Source: Squalus acanthias
Lineage: Eukaryota
Length of the DNA stretch: 64,000 nt
Reading direction: 5' to 3'
Assembly (NCBI GenBank): GCA_030390025.1
Contig: CM059433.1
Coordinates: 23,624,001 to 23,688,000, forward strand
Positions within the stretch are counted from its first letter, which is position 1, and each line of letters begins with the position of its first letter. The notes beneath the pieces are model-generated. The model made no database searches and was not told the origin of the DNA. It saw only the letters and a program-made list of their open reading frames with translations. This document shows, in pieces, positions 35,429-47,672 of this stretch. The position numbers were made by a program, and so were the translations under genes.

Positions 35429-37151
35429 TGTAAGGGGTTTTGTCGTGCTTGTATCGCAGACGGTGCTGGTGCGGGGTTAGGCCTTCGTTGCCTAATACTA
35501 TTGCTTGCTCTGGTCTCCGGCCAGCCTTGTTGCAATAAGCACCTGTGAGTGGTTCGACCCACTCGCCCTTACAGTTCTAACACTGGACTTAGGTGCGAGA
35601 GCAGTAATGCAGAGAAAAACTCAAATAGACCTGGTTGAATAGTACGAAATGGAAATCTTTATTGCATAGCGTCCAAGATCATGAAGTACATGTCATAGGC
35701 ACAAATTAACGAGAGTACAAGTATACATACATTCATAAAGCTTGGTCTATGGTAATGAAGAACGCACGGCACATCGTAAAAAGGGGAACACATTATACTT
35801 TATCCTTAATAAAACCACCCTCCCTTATCAATACCTACACTACATCTAGATTTGTAGGATCGGGAAACATGCTCACTACTCGTGATACTTCGGAGAATTT
35901 TAAAGTGAGGCACTCGGCTCGTTTCGCTGCAGCGCCTGACTGTCACGTGTTTGGAGGGGTCTCTGTACCCCACTTGTTTATCTTCGCTGCTGCAGCAAGC
36001 AGGCTGGGCTCCCCGTTGTCATGAAGAACTCGACAGCACTCGGGCCCGGCTGTAGAATTCAAAGAAAAGTCTTCCTGTACCGACACCAGTTGCCGGTAGA
36101 ATTCAAAGAAGAGTCTTTGACCGGTTCGTGCAGTAACCTGTAGAGTTCAAGAAATGGGTTGTATATTTTCAGGCGCGGTCGGGGTTTGCTGACTGCGGCG
36201 GCACATGGATTCTTCTCCTCTTCTTCTCGTCTCGTCTCGTCTCTTCGGGCCTTTGGGTCCAGACACCGTTTACCGACCCTCGGGATGGTGCACTCGGTCA
36301 CTTACCCTCGTTGAGGCGGCTCGTTCCGTTTGAGCTCCACCCAACATTCGAGTAACCGACCAGTACGGCTAAGAGTCAACAAAGTCCAGGAAAAGCACAG
36401 AAGCTCACCAGTCAAGCGAGTCCATGGAGTGGCAAGCGAATAAGAGAGCGAAAAACCCTCAGCAGTCAGCAGCGAGATAAGAGAATAAGAGTCGAATCAA
36501 GAGCCCGATGGACATTTGTTCACTATAGTTATAGTGCTGTGTTCCCTTATCTCCCGCCCAAATCTTAATGTTTGTCCTTTGTGAAATATTGGCGCTCAAA
36601 ACTCCCAGCATGGGGTGATTCTTGTCTTTAACGGGTTTCGGTAGCACCTGAGACTGGCCAACTACCCGTTAATGTTTTCCCCATTGTTGGCCCAGCCAGG
36701 ATCGTATGAATCGTCTCCCTGGCTGGTTTTGGGGGCCCCCGAATACTTGTTTAATCACCCAAGAATGGCTCTCTCATTGTAGAGCCGTGGGGGTATTTGT
36801 GTATTGATGTGTCTGGATGGGCCTTCGATTGCCCAGTACAATGGTCCTTACTTGTGCATGGAAAACGATTCCAGCACTCATATCTTTTGCTATTGTCACA
36901 AATGCAAACAGGTTGCATCCTGTCTTTATCAGTGCTTATCGAGTATGATCCCGTCTTATATTGAAAATGTTTATTCGAACGCCATCTTGTCTGCCCACTG
37001 TACTTCTGGAAGCTTCTGCCACGATGTGCAGCGGCCATTTTACAGGCTTCTGTGTCCTTTATATCATGACAGCATTTCGTTTAAATAAACTGATCAAACG
37101 AATCTGCTTCTATCTCGTTATTTTGAATCGCGATAATTGCGAAACTTTACA
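35429..37151 (-). mobile_element. Long solo LTR 1 (1723 bp)
   Basis: TG...CA ends (minus strand TGTAAAGTTTCGCAAT...CCCCTTACA). Perfect 4-bp TSD TATC at 35425-35428 and 37152-37155. AATAAA ~230 bp from the 3' end. Homologous to 40842-42512. Confidence 0.92.
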
Positions 37152-37669
37152 TATCCCAGTGAAAATCTCATTCAAATTGCCTCATTTCACTGTTATAAGC
37201 AGTAACCAGCCTCTCCGGAGGGTGTTACACACACGCATCAAAACGCACCTGAGTTTTATCCGGAAGTTGGCACTTTGGAGCCGGCTTCTGGATGCGCTGA
37301 CATTTTCACCAATTTTAATGACCCTCCTGAACCCAACCCCACGTGCTCTTTCCAAAAAAAATTCCTCCCTTTGTCCCTGAACTACACCCAGTTCTATGAC
37401 ATGACATCTGGATAATGGCTTCTGACCTTCATTTGCATGAAACATACATCACTGCACCCTCTACAGGAAAGGTCAGCTGCAGACACGAGGAATACCTTAG
37501 GGAGGATGTTTGGGTGCAATGCCGTTCAGGAGCAAAGTGGGAGCACAGGAATAGTATCCATATTTCCTCTGCATTGCACCCATTTGTCAGATGCTGTTTA
37601 AGAACCAGGGCAGAGGAAAATAAGGTTTTTTGTATGCAGTTTTAGTTCTTTGGTGTTCTGTAATAACTT

Positions 37670-39290
37670 CAGAGACAGCCCCCGAAAACATGCGCGGGAA
37701 TCATGAGGAGGCCCTCCAGACACACAGTGAGAAGGCAGTGGGAGCAGATAGCCACAGAGGTCAATGCCAGGAGGTTAGCCCCAAGGACATGGATGCAGTG
37801 CTGCAAGTAGTTTAATGACGTCACACAAGTGGTCAAGGTCAGTGAATGCATCTTCAAATGCCATATCTTACCAACTGCACAACCAGCCTCAGCCACTGCT
37901 CAATTCACCACCCCCCAATCACTCACCTACCAACAATCTCTATCAATCAGGACTCATACTTAACCTTCATATCCTTCACTTCACCCTCACACATTTAGCT
38001 GGCTATTATTGGAAGAGCCATTGCTAAGACCGTCGTCAGCAACAGGATGCATCCATTGAAGATGCCGGTATCCTCAAACCTAATCCTCCTTCTCGCATTC
38101 CCCCTCATCCCACAATCTCTTCAGACTTACAAGCTGCAGATGGTATAAGCATGCACTGCTTACTTTCCCCTCTCCCCTCGTCACAACCCTACCCTTGTGC
38201 CTTTTTCCTTTCAGATACCCAAAAACGACATCCTGGCCAGGCATGGAGAAAAACCAAGAAGGTGGCGATAATGAAGACACACTGACACTTGATTTCAAAC
38301 TCGCAGCCACCAGCTCAGATATTGGCACTGCGCGTATCTTAGAGGATAGCATAGTGGCGGGATCTGCACATGGTGAGACACCGGGCACAAGTGTGCTGCT
38401 ACCAGGACAGGAGGCAAGAATAGTGCAGGTGCCAGCTCGCCGGTGGGCAAGTTCGCACATGAGTTCTGCTGCAGAGGACTCAGATGAGGACTTTGATGGG
38501 CCAGGCTACAGAAGAAGGCTGGTGGGTCTACACGCCGAAGTGCTTGGTGCTTTGGAAAGCCTGCCAGAAAGCCTGCGTTCAATATCAAGGAGCATGGAGG
38601 AGTCTGACACCAAATTGGCACAGGGCTTTGCGCAGAGCTTGGAGCCCATCCTTTCCAACATGATGGCCAACTCCATCAACACACTTGTGGACCCAACCAT
38701 CATGCAGTGTCTGATGGCCATTGTCTCAGGTTCCATTGCAGCACAAGCAGCAGCCACCAAAGGTCTGAGTGCTGCAGTGGAAGCTCGGACTTCTGTCATG
38801 CAAGGTCAGCTTGCTGCCATGTAGGTTCAGACTGCTGCCATCATGGCTGTGGATACCAGTGTTCAAAGGGGCTTCCAGAGTGTCGCAGCAGTCCAGCAAT
38901 CTGTCATCCAACAGAGTACTAGGATTTCGGTGGCATCGCCCTGGGGGAGTGGCAGTGGCTCCGTGGAGCATGAACCTGCTGTTCTCTCTCACGATGACAG
39001 CATTTGTGATCCCACCCCTGCCACTCCGCCAGTTCCCTTGTTGTTCCCTGTCAGCCGGTCAGCCCAGACTGCTGCCGACCGTGCCGAGGTGGTGCAGTCT
39101 GAAGCTCGGCCTCCTAGGACCAGAGCTGCTCGTGGGTTGTCCTCCAAGGTCATCTGTAGTCTCCTCCACTGAAAGTCAACAGCCTTCCACCAGCCATGCT
39201 GTAGCCACTGGGGTAGAACTTTGCAGGAGCACTAGGACAGGCAAAGGCACACAGAAGACAGGCACTAAGGGAATGCGCAAGGGTGAATAA
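37670..39290 (+). pseudogene. Harbinger Myb/SANT gene, spliced, partial
   Basis: QWEQIATEVNAR...RTWMQC.K*FNDVTQVVK followed by a GTCAGT donor; tttcAG acceptor at ~38214. The SAAEDSDEDFD...SMEES segment parallels element A. Confidence 0.8.
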
Positions 39291-39460
39291 TTTCATTTTG
39301 TATGTAATATGGCATGTTTTAATTTATAAATTTGGTTGGAAATGTGTATTTTGTGTTGGCTTTTATTTTTACATTGTGGCCAAGAGGACGATGTGATGGT
39401 CAATGTCAGAGGGAAGGTAAGGAGTGTGGGACTGTTGGTGAATGGGGTATCGTACTCAAA

Positions 39461-40620
39461 TTAGTTCTTCACGCACAGCCCGGGCAGAAAAGGGCTATCT
39501 AGGTTGCCGCCTCCCTTCCTCTTCCTCCTCTTCCTCCTCCTTGTCCTCCTCCTTCTCCTCCTCGTGCTCCTGCTCCTGAGCTTCTCACCTGATAGGTGGT
39601 GGCAAGGGCTGTTCCCACATGATGGCAAGGTTGTGCAGCATTCGGCATACCACCACAAATCTTGAGACCCGCTCAGCCAAGCAATGTAGGGCTTCTCCAG
39701 AGCAGTCCAGACAGTGGAATCATTGCTTCAGCATGCCAATGGTCTGCTCTATCACATTTCTTGTGGCAGCATGGCTCTCATTGTATGCATGCTGCGCACA
39801 TGTGCGTGGGTTGCAAACCGGAGTCAAGAGCCATGTCTTCAGCGGATAGCCCTTGTTGCCCAGTAGCCACCCTTTGGTGTGCCATGGTGGCTGAAATACA
39901 GCTGGCACAGCAGACTGCCGCAGAATGAAGGCATCATGACTGCTGCCAGTGTACCGGGTATTGACCTACATGATGCACTGCCTATGGTCACACACCAGCT
40001 GCACATTGAGGGAGTGGAATCCCTTTCAGTTCCGATACATGGCAAGGTTGACATGCGGCGCTCGATGAGCAATGTGCGTGCAGTCAATGGCATCCTGTGT
40101 CATGGGGAAGCCTGCAAACATTGCAAACCCTCATGCTCGCTCTGCCTACTTCTCTCTGGCAAGACGGAATGAAATGAAGTTATCTGTCGTTGAATAAAGA
40201 GCCTCAGTGACCTCCCTTATGCAAAAGTGAACTGCAAACTGCGAGATGTTGCTGATATCTCCAGCACCAGTTTGGAAGGAGCCAGATGCATAGAAGTTCA
40301 TAGCCACAGTCACCTTCACAGCCACTGGCAATGCAGTCCTTGCCCTGCTCTGAGGTTGGAGCTGTGGCTGCAGCAGGTGGCAGATTTCAGTGACAACCTC
40401 CTTAGTGACGCGCAGACATCTCAAACATTGATTGTTGCTGAGGTTCAGGTGGAATTGCTCCCTGAACACGCTGGGTGGATATGGCCTCCGGCTGAGAGCA
40501 ACTTCTCCCCCGACTCCGACTCCTCCTCCCTCTCCTAGCAGCTTGTCCTGCTTTGCGTGGCCTCTGTTCATTCGCCCAGTCATGCGCGATTCCAAGAGGA
40601 AGGCCTACTAGTGCACCCAT
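39461..40620 (-). pseudogene. Harbinger DDE transposase (HARBI1-like), frameshifted
   Basis: RRPYPPSVFREQF, AMNFYASGSFQ, GWLLGNKGYPL and YNESHAATRNVIEQTIGMLK, with an acidic tail. Confidence 0.92.
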
Positions 40621-40841
40621 GTCTGGGAGCAACTGGTTTGTGCACCAGCCTTGAAGTCAGCAAAAAGTACTTCAGCACCTGCCACACCACTCCCTGTAGC
40701 CTTTTGCAACCTGAAGCAATTATAGAAAGCACCAAAAACATGTAGAATTGTAGCAACAGCCAGAAGTAATCAACTAGCAACTAACCTGTAATTAGTTGAT
40801 GATCTCTTTAAAAGCGCTGGTGGGGGGTCCTTCATGCTGTT

Positions 40842-42512
40842 TGTAGAATTCGCAATATATCGCGATTTTATAAATAAGGAGAAAACACATAGTTTCGTTC
40901 AAACAGCTTTATTTCAGCAGAATGCTGTCAGGTTTTCAAAGTGGACACAAGCAGCCTGTAAAATGGCCGCCACGCCTCGTGGCAGAACATTCTAGACTTT
41001 TCGATAAGCAGACAAGATGGCATTCCAATAAACATTTGTGCAAGATCGATCAAGACTCAGTACATTTAAGATAATACACGAGACATCATGGGTTTGCAGT
41101 ATACACATAAATACTGAAATCGGTCTCCCAGGTGCGAATAAGGGCTATTGTACCAAGTGATCAAGAACCCATCCAAAGACATTAATATGCAAAATCCCCA
41201 CGACTCTACGATGAGAGAGCCGTTAGCGGGTAGTTACAGAAAACATTTGGAAGCCCCAAAACCCCTCCAGGGAGAATACCGACCGGTTACACAATGGGAG
41301 AAATATTAACAGGTACTCAGACAGTTACGAGTATCCCCGAAACCCATTAAAACGGAGATCACCCTATACAAGAAATTTGGGCGCCAAAACCCTAACAAAA
41401 GAAAAGACATTAAGGTTGGGCGGGAAAAGGAAGAGTTTTGCACTATAACTGCAAGCTACAACCGTCCATCTTTCTCTTATCCTGTCGACTCCTTGCCGCT
41501 TGCCTCGTGTCTCTGCCTCTTGCAGCTTGAAAGACTGTTGAACATTACGATCCGCCAGGATCTGCCTCATGGCTTGCCGTGAAGATCTGTGTGGAACTGG
41601 GCTGTGAAGCCTTGAAACGGGCACACCATCCCGAGAAGTCGATAAACGGTGTTGGAACCGAAGGCCCGAGATGAGATGAGATGAGATGAGGTGAGATGAG
41701 ATGAGATGAGAAGAGAAGAAGACCATACATATCGCCACGGTCAGTAAGCCCCGACCGCGCCTGTAGGTCGAATAGACATTTTCCTTGCCCAGGAAGACCT
41801 TCTTTGAGTTCTACAGAACTGGCATCGGAAGACTATTCTTTGCATTTTATCGCATCAGTGCGAGGGCACAGGAAGACTATTTTTCTAGTCGTGTCGGAAC
41901 TCCGAGGACAACACAGATCTTCATGACAGTAGACGGTCCAGCCTGCTAGCCGGAGCAGAAACGAGTAAACAAGTGGGGTACAGAGACCCCTGACCAACAC
42001 GTGGGTGATCAGGTGCTGCGGTGAAAAACATCCGATCAGAGTTTTCGGAATTCTCCGAGTTATCACGAGTGGTGAGCATGAGTCTCGATCCTACAAGTCT
42101 AGTTTAGAGCAGGTATTGATAGGGGAGGGTTTAAGTTTTTAAGGATAACTGTAATGTGTGCCCCCATTTACGATGTGTCGTTCGTTCCTCGTTTCCCTGA
42201 AATTAGTTACATAACTGCGTGTAAGATTGTACTGTCATTAATCTGTGCTTATGACATGTATTTCGTAATCTTAAATAATATGCAATAAAGATTTTCCATT
42301 TCGTACCATTCAACCGGGTCTACCTGAGTTTTCTCTCCATTACTGCTCTCGCATCTAAGTCCAGTGTCAGAACCGTAAGGGCGAGTGGGTCGAACCACTC
42401 ACAGGTGTTTAGTGCTCCCAGACTGGCTGGAGACCAGAACAGGCAACAAGGCCTAACCTCGCACTAGAACCCAGGCTGAGCACAGAGCCACACACAAACC
42501 GTAACCCTTACA
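40842..42512 (+). mobile_element. Long solo LTR 2 (1671 bp)
   Basis: TGTAGAATTCGCAAT...CCCTTACA. Perfect 4-bp TSD TGTT at 40838-40841 and 42513-42516. AATAAA at ~42284 and an internal (GAGAT)n tract. Confidence 0.92.
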
Positions 42513-45500
42513 TGTTTAACGCGTGTTCATCTGTGCAAGGTTAAGAGAAGGCGTCGGCTGGAGCATGGAGACCAAAATGACAGCGTTGGCATCAAATCAA
42601 CATTGCGTGCATACTTCCAGCGGACGTTAACTTTGCACGCGCTAGCACTAAGATGGTGTCCGGCACGCTCTATGTCAGAAGTGTGCACGCGCAAAGTGGA
42701 CATCATTTTGGATCCCTAACAGCACTCGTAGCGCCCAAAAAAACGAACGCTACCGAGTCCAATTTCTCGCTCGATATCTTTAGGAAGGAAATAGGGTTGG
42801 CTTTTCATGTGAAAGTGGTAGTAGCTTGGTAATAGTAACACCCAATAGGGAAACAGAACTTTGCAAGTGAATAATGAGACACTACTGCTCATAGTTCTGG
42901 TCCAATTAGGATTAGTTGTTTTCTAGGCTGGTAATAATACTGCTACATAAACCTCAATAGTTACAAATTGTCTGGAAGACACTGGCACAACAAATCATTT
43001 TAGACACAAGCTTTAAAGGCCTACAGTATGGAAAAAAGAATAATGATCCAGATATGTTAAGTGGGCTCCATGCTAATGGGTCTACATAGAATACAGAGTA
43101 GAAGAGAACAGAATGGTAACAAATGTATTTTACTGGATCAGCCGCATAAACAAGTTTAATTGTAATCATAAACAGCTGTACAAGGAGACAAATTAATTCA
43201 TATTAAGCAGGCAGTGGTCACGATAAGTGCATTGTGAAAATGTATTCTGCATAGACAACACATACTGAATAAATAAAATGTGAGCAATGGAAAGAACAAA
43301 CCATTTATAATCATACCATTGACATAATTATATTATGCCTAACAGAGAATGCTAATTTCATTGGAAACTAAAAATTAGGTTAATATATAACAAAAATATC
43401 ATTACATTAAACCAAATTATATCGAATTACCTTTAGGATAAATGATCAAATGTACTGCACTTCTGTGATATATGCAAATGTTGTGGATCTTTTGTACTAA
43501 AATATACAGTGTTAATACAATAAATTTTACCTTCAGATAAACCAATAAAAGATGCCAAAAGAAACTAGGAAATGTCCCATGGGTTTGGTCAATTCTTGCA
43601 TATCTAATTTAATGAAAATATTATGTTCAGATATTTTGCCTATAGAACTTGTAATATAAGCATATTTTGCACAACACTGCGACCTTTTAGCGTCTGCAAC
43701 TGCATAATGCCTCCAACAATGAAATTCAGGGTCTATCACCAGTGATAGTGAACTGATAGTTCATGAGTTTTTGCCAGTTTTAAAGTAAAGTGCTGCAGTT
43801 TTATTGGTTCAATCCATGGTGTCTTCACCATAATAAACATGCTGATTTAACAAGGGCTTAAGAACGCTGGTTTTGTTCTGAACCACTGACTCTACAATGG
43901 CATTAACTGCTGTCCCCAGTCTTCCCCTGCAAGATCGTACATTCTAGGCTATAATTAAGGTAGAAAATGTCAAGTAGCCGGTCATATTTCCCTGCCTGTC
44001 ACTTGATAAATCAATGAAAAATGTTATTTCAAATAAACAATTACATGCACAGGGAATAACATTAGGCATTACACAGTTGTGGAATAAGAGAATTCAGAAC
44101 TCCAATTAGATTTTTTTTTAAGTTTACATTAAAAAATCCATAGCATTTTCCAATCCATCTGCAGACCTTGTGAATTTTTGAAAGCATTCTACCCCATCTA
44201 AAATAAATAACCAAATCACTATTACCAAAACACAAATGCCATAAATATTACAAGAACAATATGTCATATCTGTCACACAGTTCTTACTTGTCCAACTGGC
44301 GGAAAGCATCCTTTTACCTAGATTTAACTCGAGAATTGACATTTTAATGTAAAAATGATTTAATATAATAGAAATGAACAAAAAATATTTTTTTGTCTAG
44401 GATAGCAATCCAATTGATTTTTCTAATGGGGCATTTTGTGTTTCAGCAGACCTTTAACATTGAACAACAGAACAGTCAATGGTCTCAGGCAACTTATTAT
44501 AATGGTTTGCATTAGATACTTAATGGTAACATCTTTCAGGAGTTGTACTTTTCTAATCCTGTTCCTGGCTCCCTCTCAGCTCCCTATGTGGAAAAGTCCC
44601 TCCATTTCTTCCAGAACAGGTAAACAGCTGGTTGGGTATGTTCCTGTCCTAATATGGTTTGAGATGACCCATCTTAACTAGCTTAGGTCTAAGCCATGGA
44701 AATTGTGATTTTTGTGCATTTCATTTTCCTGCTTAAAGATGAGGTATGGGTCATTCCATGGCCACTAAAATTTAAGACAGATCTTAGCTCTTCTGTGCAC
44801 GATACCGTCAATAAACTACAGGTATGTGAAATCTGATGATGGATGCTAGATTCATTATGATTTTCTCTCTCTTTCTGCTTAGTTTAAGATGGTTTAGTGT
44901 ACATTTGTGAACAATGTTCGGTCATCCTTTCAGGCCCAGGACACATTCAATAACAATCCCTTTAAGGACAGCTGGTTATGCTGCATGTAGACCAAGTAAT
45001 CCTGAGCAGAGCAGGCCCAGACGAACGAGTTTCCGGAATGGGTCCTAAAACAGGCATTAGGCTCCTCATTGACATAAGCCTGTTTTAAGCAGTCGCCAGG
45101 GTCACCTGAAAAATCACTCCATTCAATATGGGATCAGGCATCTTTGAGACATCCTTGGGGTACGAGACATAGGTCTACAAAATGGGTCCTTCTTGCCCCC
45201 ATTCTCTGGATAGAAAACGGGTGAAACGAGGTCCAAATTCTCCCCCCTCACTATCAATATGTACAGTTAATTCTTCAAGTTTGTCCCATCAATATGCTAT
45301 GCTAAAGTAGACTACAAACCAGAGCTTTGAAATTGATCATTGTCATCTACAGCTACATACTCTACAAATTCTATCCCTCATACATGTCTGCTGGAGATCA
45401 TCAGTCAATGGTTTTGCTGTTATTGCACCTAATCCAGGGAAGCTGCCAACCTTCAAGAAAAAAAGGAATATAATTCTGTTGCTTTTTGTATTGCCAGATA

Positions 45501-46299
45501 GCAATCTGAATAAATTGCACTATATTTTTTTGGCAATTCATTCAATCATAGCTTTTCTTCCATCTCCTGTGCAGGCATTTGGTCAACGATATTTGCAGTA
45601 ATTTTGATTCTGTAATGATACTTTGAGTTGTTGATGACACTGTCATCAACATGCTGAATTGTTGTTGTAGAAAAATGTTGGGAACAATCTATTTTGCTGG
45701 ACAATCATCTTCAATCTTCACCTTTTTTTCATCTGTGTACCTGCCTTCTTCAGCCACTCTCCAAAAAAAAATCACTCTTGAATGACCTGGGATTTTTAAG
45801 AGCACTTGAGGAGCTTAATGGTAGCTGGGACTCAGTATAGGAGCACAGATTGGGATGGAATCCATTTACACTTCAGTTGCAGGCCACCAAAATATCCAGT
45901 TTGGGTGGGTTGCGCACTTCCTCCCCCGGCAGGGCAGATATTTCAACTGGACGGTATCGACAAGTCATATGTCCTCATTCCCATCATTACTATCTCTGTT
46001 GCACTATCGGGGCAACTTACCACCAGATAAATCAGGTATTGTGGCTTGTCAGGATCAGCTCACTGCCTGGACAGGTTTCCCCAGTACCTCAGATTTGCCT
46101 TGTATATTTTTGGAAACTTTTCTTTCTCCCTTGGGAGCTTCTGAGATGGACTTTAAACTGCCAGAGTGATGGACTCGCTGATCATCTGGAAATTTGCATG
46201 CCTCTTTCCCCTCACCATCCATCCATGTGGACTAACCCAGAATCACCCCTTCTCCCATAAGTGACTACAGGTCAAAGAGACCTGATGAGGGTATGAGTG

Positions 46300-47170
46300 A
46301 GGAGCTGTGCCCTTGCAAAGAAAACCTGCAATGACCTGTGTAGCCTTTACAGACAGATATCTTCCTGAGCTATGCCAATGGCTGTCAAAATTGAGTATAT
46401 CTCTCAACTTTTATGCCACTGACTCATTCCAGGCTGCAAAAGGTCACTTCTGTAACGTCACCCAGGGTGCCATCTCATCCTGCATGTTTCAGGTCACCAA
46501 TGCCAACTTTAGGAAAGCTGGGGGATTCATCCATTCTGGGATGATTGCAAGGCAGCTGCATGAAAGGATCATGCAATTCTATCATATTGCTGGTTTCAAC
46601 AAAGTTCAGGGGGTAATAGATGCCATTCACAATATATTGTGGGCCCTATTGTGAACTCATCGAATTTCCTGAATAGAAAAAGATTCCAGTCCCTGAATAT
46701 TCAAATTGTTTGTGATCAGCAACAATGAATATGCCATACCAATGCCAAATTTGCAGGGAATTCTCATGATGCTTTTGGCAGGAGGCAGTCCAACCTTCCA
46801 GTTCTATTCAGGGAAGACAGTCATGTCTCAGCATTGATTTAGGGTGGCTTGTGACTCTACTTTGAGAGCCAACCTCAGCAGCAGGGATGAACGTTCATGA
46901 GCGAGAATGATTATTGAGTGGTCTATAAGAATCCTGAAGAGAAGATTTCAGTGCCTTGATAGATCAGCAAGGACACGGCAGTATGTACTTGAGCAGGTCT
47001 CTTCTATCGTGGTTGCTTGCAGTGCCTTAAGGAATGGAAATGAAAGCTCAGGACGTTGAGGCACCTGGAAACCAGCATCATGAGGATCTTGACTCGGAAG
47101 AGGCTATCATTCTGTCTGCCAGGGAAAATCATAGGCACATTATCAGTAATACATTCTCCTCCAATTAAAG
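46300..47170 (+). pseudogene. Old degraded Harbinger transposase
   Basis: SLNFYATDSFQ, AGFNKVQGVIDAIH, NRKRFQSLNIQIVCD, FAGNSHDAF and LKRRFQCLD remnants. Confidence 0.8.
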
Positions 47171-47269
47171 CACTTCCCTGACTGCACTTCCATCACAACA
47201 CTGTCCAAGCCTTCAGACCTACTTTAATCCTTCGACGAGAAAATATCTGCCTTTTTGTCTCACTAAACA

Positions 47270-47672
47270 ACCATATATCCACTCAAATCCACCACCTCCA
47301 TCACCAGCGCACTGTAACTGCAGTATGTATTATCTAAAGGATGCACTGCTGCAACTCTCTAAGGTTAATTCCCTCTCCTGTGACCTCTACAACTGAGAAA
47401 GACAAGAACAGCAATGTCATAGGATCACCATCACCACAAAGTTGCCCTCCAAGTCAAAGACTATCCTGACTTAGAAATATATTTTACTGTTCCTTCATCA
47501 TCGCTGGGTCAATATTCTGGAATTCCCCACCTAATGCCATTGTGGGAGTGCCATCACCCACAAGGACTACAGCAGTTCAAGGAGAAGGCCCACCACCACC
47601 TTCTCAGGACAACTAGGGATGGGCAACACATGCGGCCTCACCAGCTTCATCCAGATATTGAGAACTAATAAG
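47270..47672 (+). mobile_element. 3' fragment of the LINE family seen at 56590-58785
   Basis: Shares the tail cagcagttcaaggagaaggcccaccaccaccttctc...actagggatgggcaa. Confidence 0.75.

Larger units (their letters stand above)
32446..37369 (-). mobile_element. PIF/Harbinger transposon B (defective; carries a CR1 fragment at ~33535-34040 and a solo LTR)
   Basis: Myb-gene C-terminal region on + (~32580-33300), transposase on -, imperfect termini GGGCCAAAGATTTT / AAAATTCCTCCC. Confidence 0.8.
37670..42772 (-). mobile_element. PIF/Harbinger transposon C (left end missing; carries a solo LTR)
   Basis: Myb gene on + and transposase on -. Right subterminal region ends CCAATTTCTCGCTC. Confidence 0.85.

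Noticed and set aside
35429..42512. A single provirus or TIR element bounded by the two long repeats
   Set aside because: The LTRs are inverted, diverged and each has its own TSD. The DNA between them is Harbinger sequence with no gag or pol.
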